A stretch of 41,439 bases of DNA from Candidatus Hodarchaeota archaeon (GTDB taxonomy: Archaea; Asgardarchaeota; Heimdallarchaeia; Hodarchaeales; Hodarchaeaceae), in contig JAEOTQ010000004.1 in assembly GCA_016839785.1 (NCBI GenBank), positions 1 through 41,439 on the forward strand, written 5' to 3'. Under the pieces are notes generated by a model, which did no database searches, was not told the DNA's origin, and saw nothing but the letters and a program-made list of their open reading frames with translations. A program made the translations under genes and the position numbers. Positions 9,972 through 18,622 of this stretch are shown here, in pieces. Every line of letters starts with the position of its first letter. The first letter of the stretch is position 1.

Positions 9972-11672
9972 TTAGAATTTACGACTACCCTTCTTATAGT
10001 GTTCCCATGGGCCTATTTTTTTCCATGGGGAATGAGGATCTAAATCCCTGATAAAAGATGACTTTAGGTCTTCGCTTTTTACTGGGATGATCTTTTTAAT
10101 GACTGCTTTTCCCTTTCCTAAGGTACCTGAAACACGATCTGAGAGCACATCAAGACTTTCACGTCCCCATGTTCCAATCTTCTGCCATGGTGAATGGGGA
10201 TCAATACCATTTAATAAGGCAACCGTTTCGCCATTTGTGCTGCTACTCATAAATGGTTCCATCACTTCAAATAAAGCAGCAGCTAATAATACCTGAAATG
10301 GTGTTTCTTTCTTACCATTTTTCCATTTATGAAAATGTTCGGTTACAAAATCTGTGTGCGTATTACCAGAAAGAAAATCGGGATGTGTTAAGACCTCTCT
10401 AAGAAAAGTAATATTTGTGGGAATACCTAAAGCTGCATAATTGTGTAAAGCCCATTTCATTTTCTGAATTGCATCTTCTCGGGTCTCTGCATGTACTATT
10501 AATTTAGCAATCATAGGGTCATAAAAAGTTGAGATTTCTCCACCTGTTGTAGAAATCCCCAAATCATTCCTAATATTAACTCCTACTGGTACTTGGACTG
10601 TCCTTATCTTTCCAGAAGATGGAAGAAATTGCTTCTCTGGATTTTCAGCATAGATTCTAAATTCGAGAGAGTGTCCACGACTAATAATATCTTCTTGTTT
10701 TATTTGTAATTCTTGTCCTGCAGCTATTTTCAGTTGCCATCTCACTAGGTCAATTCCTGTAACTGCTTCCGTTATAGCATGTTCCACCTTCAAACGAGCA
10801 TTAATTTCTAGGAAATAAAATTCATTGTTTTTCTCATCTAGAACAAACTCAACTGACCCTGCATTAGTATAATTGACCGCTTTTGCTGCTGCAATCGCGA
10901 CATCTCCCATTTTTTTTCTTAAAGCATCATCTAGAGCGGTAGAGGGAGTTTCTTCTATGATTTTCTGATGACGACGCTGAATAGAACATTCTCTTTCATT
11001 CAAATGTACGAGATTCCCAAAGTGATCTCCCAGAATTTGAAATTCGATGTGCCGGATATGTGTGAAGTATTTTTCTAGAAAAACATCTCCATTTCCAAAA
11101 GCATTTTTGGCTTCACGACGGGCGCTTTCATATGCGGCTGAAAATTCATGTTCTGAGTTTACAATCCGCATCCCCCGACCTCCTCCACCGGCTGTTGCCT
11201 TTATAAGTAGAGGATATCCAATTTCTTTCGCTTTTTGTTTCAGAATTTTCTTATTCGTTGATCCACCATGATAACCAGGAATAACAGGGATATCTGCTGC
11301 TCTCATACTTTTTTTAGCCTGAATTTTATCTCCGACTGCATGAATCGCTTTTGGACTAGGACCAATCCAAATTAAACCCGCATCTTGAACCCTCTTCGCA
11401 AATACTGCATTCTCGGATAAAAAACCATATCCAGGGTGAATAGCTTCCGATTTACTTTCTAACGCAATATCAATAATTTTATCCATATTTAGATAACTTT
11501 CGGATGGAACTGGGTTCCCTAATGGGTACGAAAAATCTGCTGCATGAACGTGGACAGATTCTTCATCAACTTCTGAATAAATAGCTACTGTTTCAATCCC
11601 CATCTCTTGCGCACATGCTATAATCCGACTCGCGATCTCTCCTCGATTCGCGATAAGAATTCGATTAAACAT
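9972..11672 (-). CDS. Biotin carboxylase subunit of acyl-CoA carboxylase
   Basis: Likely start is the ATG at 11672 (MFNRILIANRGEIA). IHPGYGFLSEN, KATAGGGGRGMR, ERECSIQRRHQK, RIYAE, YDPMIAKL. Confidence 0.95.
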   Translation of the reverse strand: MFNRILIANRGEIASRIIACAQEMGIETVAIYSEVDEESVHVHAADFSYPLGNPVPSESYLNMDKIIDIALESKSEAIHPGYGFLSENAVFAKRVQDAGLIWIGPSPKAIHAVGDKIQAKKSMRAADIPVIPGYHGGSTNKKILKQKAKEIGYPLLIKATAGGGGRGMRIVNSEHEFSAAYESARREAKNAFGNGDVFLEKYFTHIRHIEFQILGDHFGNLVHLNERECSIQRRHQKIIEETPSTALDDALRKKMGDVAIAAAKAVNYTNAGSVEFVLDEKNNEFYFLEINARLKVEHAITEAVTGIDLVRWQLKIAAGQELQIKQEDIISRGHSLEFRIYAENPEKQFLPSSGKIRTVQVPVGVNIRNDLGISTTGGEISTFYDPMIAKLIVHAETREDAIQKMKWALHNYAALGIPTNITFLREVLTHPDFLSGNTHTDFVTEHFHKWKNGKKETPFQVLLAAALFEVMEPFMSSSTNGETVALLNGIDPHSPWQKIGTWGRESLDVLSDRVSGTLGKGKAVIKKIIPVKSEDLKSSFIRDLDPHSPWKKIGPWEHYKKGSRKF

Positions 11673-11923
11673 ACTAATCACATAATCACTGTGTAGAAGC
11701 AAAGAATGGGGTCTGAAAGGACTTCTTGACAGTATTAACAAATATATTCCTAAATTACCTAAGGAATTTTTCGCTTTTAGTCATACATACCTGTATAGTG
11801 AAGCAATTATTATGTTTCTATCATCCTTTAAAAATACTGAGATGAAATCCTAGGTCTTTTTTGTCCATTGTTCCGAGTACTAAAATTATAAAAGGGGAGA
11901 TAAACCTGAGGTAATCGAGTATC

Positions 11924-12685
11924 ATGACTGAAATCGATGTCCCCTTACTTCTCCTCATCTTAAAACAAATCTGCTTTGGAAGTTTAGTTTCAGGACTATT
12001 GATATTCTTTTTAACCTTAATTCTACAAGGAAGTCATTTATTTGATCATGATACTGATTTGGATCATGATATTGACCATGATTTCGACCATAGTGTAGGA
12101 ATTGATCATGATATCGGGGATGTTGACTTTGATGCGGATGTAGATATAGATTCAGATGTATCAGTCGGTATAGATAAAGATGTCCACATTGGCATGGATA
12201 AAGACTTGAATTTAACTGATCATGGTTACGATGCAGATACTCCAGCCCCTTTAATGCTCCTTCTAGGAACTTTTATGATTTCATTTGGAGGGACAGGGGT
12301 TATTTTAATCGATAATACCATTAACATTATCCTACTTTTAGCAGTGCTGGTATTGGTTCCTCTTGGGACAACCTACTTAATTTCCAAGGCATGGTCAAAA
12401 ATTGCTGTCTCAGAAATCTATGATACTGCCTTACAAACCATGAAAATTGACGATGAAGTGAAAACTCTGACAACCGTCGATACTGAAGGGGGATTGGTAC
12501 TAATCCAAACTAGTTCGATTCATGGACCTGTTAAGATGTCGGCAAAAACAAAATCAGGAGCCATCGCTAAAGATATGGTTGCTTACGTTATGAAAGTTGA
12601 AAGAAATTCACTAATAATTGATGAATGGCCTTCGACAGAAAAATCAAAAAAACACTCTCCCGAGGGATCAATTACTTGGGAATAA
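11924..12685 (+). CDS. NfeD/YqiJ-like membrane protein with Asp/His-rich repeat and C-terminal OB-like domain
   Basis: TM - (DHD)n acidic loop - two TMs (FGGTG) - beta-rich tail. Immediately upstream of an SPFH gene, the classic pairing. GAGGT upstream of the start. Confidence 0.72.
   Translation: MTEIDVPLLLLILKQICFGSLVSGLLIFFLTLILQGSHLFDHDTDLDHDIDHDFDHSVGIDHDIGDVDFDADVDIDSDVSVGIDKDVHIGMDKDLNLTDHGYDADTPAPLMLLLGTFMISFGGTGVILIDNTINIILLLAVLVLVPLGTTYLISKAWSKIAVSEIYDTALQTMKIDDEVKTLTTVDTEGGLVLIQTSSIHGPVKMSAKTKSGAIAKDMVAYVMKVERNSLIIDEWPSTEKSKKHSPEGSITWE
12044..12238 (+). repeat. Degenerate coding repeat (DHDx / DxDV) within the NfeD-like gene
   Basis: Recurrent gatcatgat-like units encode DHDTDLDHDIDHDFDHSVGIDHDIGDVDFDADVDIDSDVSVGIDKDVHIGMDKD. 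Confidence 0.75.
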
Positions 12686-12722
12686 ATCAAAAGAAATATG
12701 AAAATTGGGTGAAAAAAATAAA

Positions 12723-13976
12723 ATGGTGAACTTATTTTTCCTACAAACAAGTACTGGAAATGTATTATTGGACAATCTCTGGTTAGTAATTGTCTTAGCA
12801 GTTGTAATTTTCTTCTTATTTATATTGTATTTTGTATCTCGCTATCGTAAATACAAAACAAATGAATATGTTATTCATTTTCGTCGTGGAAAGATTAAGA
12901 GGGCGGGAACAGGTGGAACAGTTGTCTTATGGCCAGTATTCGATGAAGTAATTGTTATTCCCACCACTGTGCAACAAACTTTGCTAGAGGCAAGAGAAAA
13001 AGTAGTTAGTTATGAATATCAGGATGTTGCATTAACTGCGTTCGTTTATTGGCGTGTGACTAACCCAGAAGTATCTTATTCAAAAGTAAGTTGGAATCCT
13101 GCTCGTTCGGACTATGTTGAAAAAGCAATTAAGAATGCAACTGAAGCGATTATACGTACAACTTGTGCAAATATGAAGATTGAACAAATTATTCGTAATC
13201 GCGTTGAGATCATCAAGAATGTTACAAGCGAATTACATCATCTCGCAGGGGATTGGGGAATTACTGTAGAATCAGTAGAAATTCGTGATGTAGAAGTCTT
13301 AGATGCCAGATTAAAAGAAAACTTAGAGGCGGTTAAAAAGATAGAGGAAGCACAAACTGCTCAGTTAAGACAAGCCGAGATGGAAGAGATGGTTCAGTTG
13401 AGAAACCTCGAAGTCCGTCAACATACTGGTGAACAAGATCAAGAAGTAAAACTCACCATTGAAAGAAAAGCCAAAGAACGCGAAATACAAATTGTGCAGC
13501 TTGAGCAAAAGAGAGCAATTATTGCCGCGGAAACTGAGCGGAAACAGAAACAGATTCAATCAGAAGCAGAAAAGTATCTGCAAATCACTCAGGAAGTAGG
13601 AGTGGAGGTTGAACGAATACGACAACAAGCTCTAGCTCATAAGGATCAACTATTAGCTGAAGCCGAAGGTGAAGCTGCAAAAATTAGTCAAACACAGATC
13701 GCTTATGCCCAGGGTATCTTAGAACAAGCTAAAGCATTAAGTCAAGCTGATGAAAAGTATATTCAGATGAAAGCTATCGAGATGCTCCCTGATATCTTCA
13801 AAAATGTCGCAGTAGACAAAATGATCTTACTTGGGGAAGGACAGGATGCGTATAAGTCTATTGCACAGATGGTATTGCCATTTTTAGAAATAGCAAAGGA
13901 AATTGGGATACCAAAAGATAGTAAGTCATCTGATGATACTGAAAAAAAGCAAGTAAGAAAAAGATCTAATAGTTGA
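12723..13976 (+). CDS. SPFH (band 7)/flotillin-like membrane protein
   Basis: N-terminal TM, SPFH core (VYWRV, WGITVESVEIRDV), long A/E/Q/K-rich coiled coil with AEAEGEA. Likely ATG at 12723. Confidence 0.92.
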   Translation: MVNLFFLQTSTGNVLLDNLWLVIVLAVVIFFLFILYFVSRYRKYKTNEYVIHFRRGKIKRAGTGGTVVLWPVFDEVIVIPTTVQQTLLEAREKVVSYEYQDVALTAFVYWRVTNPEVSYSKVSWNPARSDYVEKAIKNATEAIIRTTCANMKIEQIIRNRVEIIKNVTSELHHLAGDWGITVESVEIRDVEVLDARLKENLEAVKKIEEAQTAQLRQAEMEEMVQLRNLEVRQHTGEQDQEVKLTIERKAKEREIQIVQLEQKRAIIAAETERKQKQIQSEAEKYLQITQEVGVEVERIRQQALAHKDQLLAEAEGEAAKISQTQIAYAQGILEQAKALSQADEKYIQMKAIEMLPDIFKNVAVDKMILLGEGQDAYKSIAQMVLPFLEIAKEIGIPKDSKSSDDTEKKQVRKRSNS

Positions 13977-13988
13977 AACGACATTGTA

Positions 13989-14022
13989 AATTCGTCCCTG
14001 TAAGGGCGAATTCATTTTTTTT
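13989..14022 (+). terminator. Hairpin plus T-tract between convergent genes
   Basis: AATTCG(T)CCCT-GTA-AGGGCGAATT followed by CA and a T run, 12 nt after the SPFH stop. Confidence 0.6.
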
Positions 14023-15043
14023 AAATATCGCCAAAGAGCATATTTCGCGAAATCCGTACGGATTCTTTACGTTCCCTCATCCGTGAGAATCCTCCTTCAA
14101 CCCAGTTCTTTGCTTCTTGATCTCGTCCTAATTTGCGATATATCGAACCGATTGTGAGATACAATATAGAATCATTTTTTAGTTGATTAGCTCTTATATA
14201 GAATTCAACTGCTTTTTCATATTCAAGAACTTGTTGCGATTTAATTGCTTTCCAATAGAATAGATTGCCTATTCGCACTAGCACTGATACTTCCACAATT
14301 TCCTTTACAGTCTCTTTATCTTCCCCATCTAAACGAGCTAAAATTTTCTCGTATCGAGAAATTTTAGGAATGATCTTAACAAAATCCTCTGGTTTAATGG
14401 TTGGTCGCATGTAAAACGCCCCCTCCAAGATGGGAGTATCAGTAAACACCATAGATTCATCCAAAAGTGCTGACAACGAAGCTTGGATCTGGGTGACGTC
14501 TCGAATAATACTTGAAAGGATTTGATGGCGTTCATGATCCATCTGAATCCGTTCTAAATCTGAGGTTGATTGTTTAATTGCTGCAGGAGTACTTTGTCCT
14601 TCAACCGAAGATATTGAACTCTCAATATTTTTGTAGATCTTTTTGATTAAATCTAGGGTCAAATCATCCTGGGAGCTTATAGCGTTTATTTCACGAATTA
14701 AAATTCTTTCGATTAGATTATAATTCGCTAGCACCCTACTTTTTGAATCACGAAGAAAAAGCAAAAACAAGGTACAATAACGTCCGTATTCTTGTATTCT
14801 TGGATCTGTGGAATTTGAGGATTGCACTGAAAAGGGATAGGCAATTGCTAATTCCTTCCGACCAGGAACAGGAAAAGAGCCATGTAATTGATTCAGCTGA
14901 TCTTGACTTTCACCCAATCCAAGAGCGGTCATGAGACTAATACTAAGTTTCATTGAGCTAGTTTCATCTAATTTGGAGAGATTTATCTCTGTGAGTGGGC
15001 CTGTATCAGCCATGACAGACAAAAGCACGCCTTCAAATAACAT
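14021..15043 (-). CDS. Hypothetical protein: N-terminal longin/uDENN-like domain plus C-terminal TPR
   Basis: N-terminal strand-DTGP, then helix, GSFPVP and DPR...G...LFLLF pattern reminiscent of Asgard longin-like domains. C-terminus IGNLFY...YEKAVEFYIRA...IGSIYRKLGRDQEA is TPR-like. Confidence 0.6.
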   Translation of the reverse strand: MLFEGVLLSVMADTGPLTEINLSKLDETSSMKLSISLMTALGLGESQDQLNQLHGSFPVPGRKELAIAYPFSVQSSNSTDPRIQEYGRYCTLFLLFLRDSKSRVLANYNLIERILIREINAISSQDDLTLDLIKKIYKNIESSISSVEGQSTPAAIKQSTSDLERIQMDHERHQILSSIIRDVTQIQASLSALLDESMVFTDTPILEGAFYMRPTIKPEDFVKIIPKISRYEKILARLDGEDKETVKEIVEVSVLVRIGNLFYWKAIKSQQVLEYEKAVEFYIRANQLKNDSILYLTIGSIYRKLGRDQEAKNWVEGGFSRMRERKESVRISRNMLFGDI

Positions 15044-15272
15044 AATAAAATCACATATCTAGATAGCTCTTACTTTTTTCAAGGGCATTAATTTGTTTCT
15101 ACAGCAAATTGGATGATGTTTTCACTTTATTATTGATCAGTTTTCGGTTTTAATTTAATATGATATGTTTTATTTTCTTTTCGATTTAAACCATTGTCAA
15201 TGGAATTGTTATAAACTTTGGTAATTCTGTGTACAACCTCTATTGTGTCTGAGAAATTCACATTAAATCTTC

Positions 15273-16838
15273 TTAAAATTGATTAATTTTCTTTTTTACT
15301 CGTTTCCTTGGTGGGCTTGGTAATTCTCGTTCAGTTAATTCTAATCTTCTTCTAGAGTATTCAGCAAGGGAATTTGTTAAAGCAGCTTGGTCTGCTGATA
15401 TTCGTTGATAACTTCCCAATGTGGGTGTATATAGAGATTTAATGTCTAGTTGATAATTATTGAGTAAATTCCAGGAATTTCTAACAGCTAACAGGTCATA
15501 TAGATAATAAGCTGAATCCATACATTCAACAATTTGTTTCTTAGTCTTCAAATTCAGATTCAGAATATTTGGACGATTCAATATTTCTAAGAGCAGTTGT
15601 AGTATTTCTACCAGCTCGTTTAAATCCTCCTCAGAAGGATCCTTCTTCTCGAAATACGCGACCAGTAAATTAATTTCAGTAATTAGGCGTTCCAATTGGT
15701 AAGTTAGTAATTGAGTATTACGTACGAATTTTCTCTTATCCAATCTGTTGATCAGTGTTCGTAATGTACGCGTTGATGCCTGAGGTTTGTACGTTTTGGT
15801 GCCCAAACGTCTTAAAAATCGTGCCAACCTATTACTCAGTTTTAGTTGATTAGACATCTCTCTTGTTGAGTTTAATCCTTGTTTATAATGCCTATCCATT
15901 AACTCCAATACGAATTGAGGTTCTACTTCTGCAGGATACCCCAGTTCTGTTAATAAGAAGTAAGATTCTAAGATTCGTGTAGGGTTCTCAATATCAGTCA
16001 ATCGCTTTTTTAGGAAAGAAGAAAGCAGTAAACGATCACTTTCTGTGAGATGTTCAAGTTTTCCAAGACGATGTATTAGAAATGTAAACCCGACAATGGA
16101 ATCTTCTACAAGTGAAGTTTCTAAATCCTGTTCGATCAGCCGAAAAACAAATTCGGATACGACGTCATTCAGATGTTCTTTTGGGCCAATAATTAAAGAA
16201 GAAATATCCATCAATGTACTGAGATTGTTAATCTCTTGTGGAGAGGTAGAAAACCTTTCTACTATACGATTCATCTCTTTCTCTCCCTCAGAAGTGATTC
16301 TTTTAACGAAAGAGTAATTTGTCAATTGGGAGAGCGTTTCTTCTGGTACTCTGTATTCTTTGACTAATTCGTTAAGGACTTTTTCAGATTGCTGTTTTCC
16401 CTGCAAACTCCCTTCTAATAATCCTTGCAATAATTCCTGAGGAATTTCTTCATTGGTTTCCTTGGCAATACTATAAGATAATGGAATGGAGATTTTTTCA
16501 AGTAAAGATTCAACACGTTCGAGTTTGTCTAATATTTGTTGATGTTCATCTGTTAATTGTGAAAGAGAATTAGTAATAAGCTGATCAAGATCACGACGGG
16601 ATGAGTACGCACCAAATTCTTCATGTATTACTTCACGTACGTCTTTTAATTTGTCAGAAGTCAATTTATTTTTTAAAAATTCTTTACCAAACTTTTTTTC
16701 TAGTTTTCCATCGATCCTTTCTACCAAATAGGATTGGGCTATTTTTTTACGGGAAATATTAGCTGTGTACTCTGCTACAACTGCTTTGATGAGCGCTGCA
16801 ACCGTTAATCCTGCAAATCCTATAAAAGGGGCAACCAC
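15273..16838 (-). CDS. Hypothetical alpha-helical protein with basic C-terminal tail
   Basis: 521-aa ORF, L/E/K-rich helical composition, hydrophobic N-terminal helix, ends PSPPRKRVKKKINQF. Confidence 0.75.
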   Translation of the reverse strand: MVAPFIGFAGLTVAALIKAVVAEYTANISRKKIAQSYLVERIDGKLEKKFGKEFLKNKLTSDKLKDVREVIHEEFGAYSSRRDLDQLITNSLSQLTDEHQQILDKLERVESLLEKISIPLSYSIAKETNEEIPQELLQGLLEGSLQGKQQSEKVLNELVKEYRVPEETLSQLTNYSFVKRITSEGEKEMNRIVERFSTSPQEINNLSTLMDISSLIIGPKEHLNDVVSEFVFRLIEQDLETSLVEDSIVGFTFLIHRLGKLEHLTESDRLLLSSFLKKRLTDIENPTRILESYFLLTELGYPAEVEPQFVLELMDRHYKQGLNSTREMSNQLKLSNRLARFLRRLGTKTYKPQASTRTLRTLINRLDKRKFVRNTQLLTYQLERLITEINLLVAYFEKKDPSEEDLNELVEILQLLLEILNRPNILNLNLKTKKQIVECMDSAYYLYDLLAVRNSWNLLNNYQLDIKSLYTPTLGSYQRISADQAALTNSLAEYSRRRLELTERELPSPPRKRVKKKINQF

Positions 16839-16944
16839 AATTGTTCACTATTTACTATTAATTCCCAAGCTCTTTAAAATATAACTCATTATACTACATA
16901 TAGAAGACTACGAGACTCAATTTTGTCGTTCAGAGGAATCAGTG

Positions 16945-17790
16945 ATGAAGAAATACTCATTTTCGGATCTATGGCTTCGTGTTATTCTTTTCTTTTCAAT
17001 CTGTGTCATTTTAATTTTCAGTTTTCAAAGCTTCGTGCTTCCCTTAGTAACTACGGTCTTTAATAATGGAGAAAATTTTCCCTTAACTATAAGATTGAAT
17101 ATTCAACGAGCTATGAACGGGGTAGTAGGCATTGGGCTTGTTTATGTATTCTTAAGAATGGACCGACTTAAAATGGCAGTTACAGGTTTTGAATGGGATA
17201 AAGACATGGCATTAGAATGGATACTTTGGAGTATTCCAATTGCTATTGCAGGACTGATACCTACTGTCATTATTGAATATATTTTTGGAATTATTATTAT
17301 AAATCAACTTCTTGATATACTTGGGATTCTTCTAACCCTTTTTGTGACGATTTTTATGATTGGAATCGGGGAAGAAATTCTTTTCCGGGGGTACTTACAG
17401 AGGATATTGGAATCACGATACTCTTTTCAGAATTCGGCCATATTATCAGCATTTTTATTCGGATTATTACATTTCTGGCTAGCAAGTACAAGTGGTAGTG
17501 TATTGTATATGGTAGCAATCCTTTTTAGTGCAACAGTCATTGGATTAACATTTTCATACACCTTCAAAATTACAGGCTATAATCTAATTTTACCTGTTGC
17601 CATTCACGGATTCTGGGACTTCTTTCTATTCATCTTTCAGGTTGATTTTATCTATGATACTTGGTTGCGGGTTATAATGGAAATTTCTGCTTCTTCAGTT
17701 GGGGCTCTAGTAATTTTCCTTGTAGTTCGCTACTATGCTGAAAATTATCAAAAGAAACCATCTCAAAAAACAGAAGAAGTATCTTCATGA
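16945..17790 (+). CDS. CPBP family (CAAX/Abi) intramembrane glutamic protease
   Basis: GEEILFRGY, FGLLH and HGFWD motifs in a multi-TM protein. Confidence 0.92.
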   Translation: MKKYSFSDLWLRVILFFSICVILIFSFQSFVLPLVTTVFNNGENFPLTIRLNIQRAMNGVVGIGLVYVFLRMDRLKMAVTGFEWDKDMALEWILWSIPIAIAGLIPTVIIEYIFGIIIINQLLDILGILLTLFVTIFMIGIGEEILFRGYLQRILESRYSFQNSAILSAFLFGLLHFWLASTSGSVLYMVAILFSATVIGLTFSYTFKITGYNLILPVAIHGFWDFFLFIFQVDFIYDTWLRVIMEISASSVGALVIFLVVRYYAENYQKKPSQKTEEVSS

Positions 17791-18611
17791 CAAAAAAGCT
17801 CAATATTTCATTACTGCAAATGGATATTCAAATTGGAAATAAGAAAGTCAATTTGGCTAAAATTGAATCTCTTATAGCAAAAAGCATTACTCCAGAATCT
17901 AAAGAACATTCCCACATTATTTGTCTTCCAGAACTTTGTACCACTGGTTTTGATTTAGTACAATATAAGGATCTTGCTGAAAAAATCCCTGAAGGAAGTT
18001 CAACACGAATATTTCAAAGGCTTGCCGAGAAATACTCAGTTCATATCATTGCAAGTATCATTGAGGAATTTAAAGGATCTTACTATAACTGTGCAATTAT
18101 TCTAGATTCTTCTGGGAAAATACTTACAAAATATCGGAAAATTCACCTGTTTCCATTGAAACCAATGGAAGAAGCTGATTTCTTTGAAAGTGGTGCAAAA
18201 ATTGGACCTTCTAATCCACAAACAGTTGTTAATATAGATGGGATAAATGTGGGAGTTCTCATTTGTTTTGATATCAGATATCCAGAGATAAGTCGCCGTT
18301 TGACACTGGAGGGTGTCGAATGTCTTGTTTATCTAGCCGAATTTCCTCGACCCAGGGATGACGTTTGGCGTGTATTGCTCAAAGCCAGGGCTATAGAAAA
18401 CCAGATTTTTGTTGCAGGAGTTAATCGGATCGGTGGAAATGAAGAAGCCTCATTTTTTGGGAATTCAATGATAATTGACCCATTTGGTAATGCTTTGACC
18501 CAAGGTACAGAACAAGAAGAAATTTTATTTGCTACTCTTGACCCTACCCGTCTTTCTGAAGCCAAATCCTTTATCCCAACACTCGATCTTCGACAATCAG
18601 ATCAGTATTAG
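17787..18611 (+). CDS. Carbon-nitrogen hydrolase (omega-amidase/Nit-like)
   Basis: LPELCTTG, YRKIHLF, ICFDIRYPE, ARAIENQ. ATGA overlap with the CPBP gene. Confidence 0.92.
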   Translation: MTKKLNISLLQMDIQIGNKKVNLAKIESLIAKSITPESKEHSHIICLPELCTTGFDLVQYKDLAEKIPEGSSTRIFQRLAEKYSVHIIASIIEEFKGSYYNCAIILDSSGKILTKYRKIHLFPLKPMEEADFFESGAKIGPSNPQTVVNIDGINVGVLICFDIRYPEISRRLTLEGVECLVYLAEFPRPRDDVWRVLLKARAIENQIFVAGVNRIGGNEEASFFGNSMIIDPFGNALTQGTEQEEILFATLDPTRLSEAKSFIPTLDLRQSDQY

Positions 18612-18622
18612 AATAAGAAGTT

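Noticed and set aside
12044-12238. Periodic gatcatgat repeats as a possible CRISPR array
   Set aside because: The units are short, degenerate and in-frame coding, with no constant repeat/unique spacer structure and no cas genes.
15191-15203. Palindrome CCATTG-T-CAATGG in an intergenic region
   Set aside because: Single short occurrence; not distinguishable from chance.
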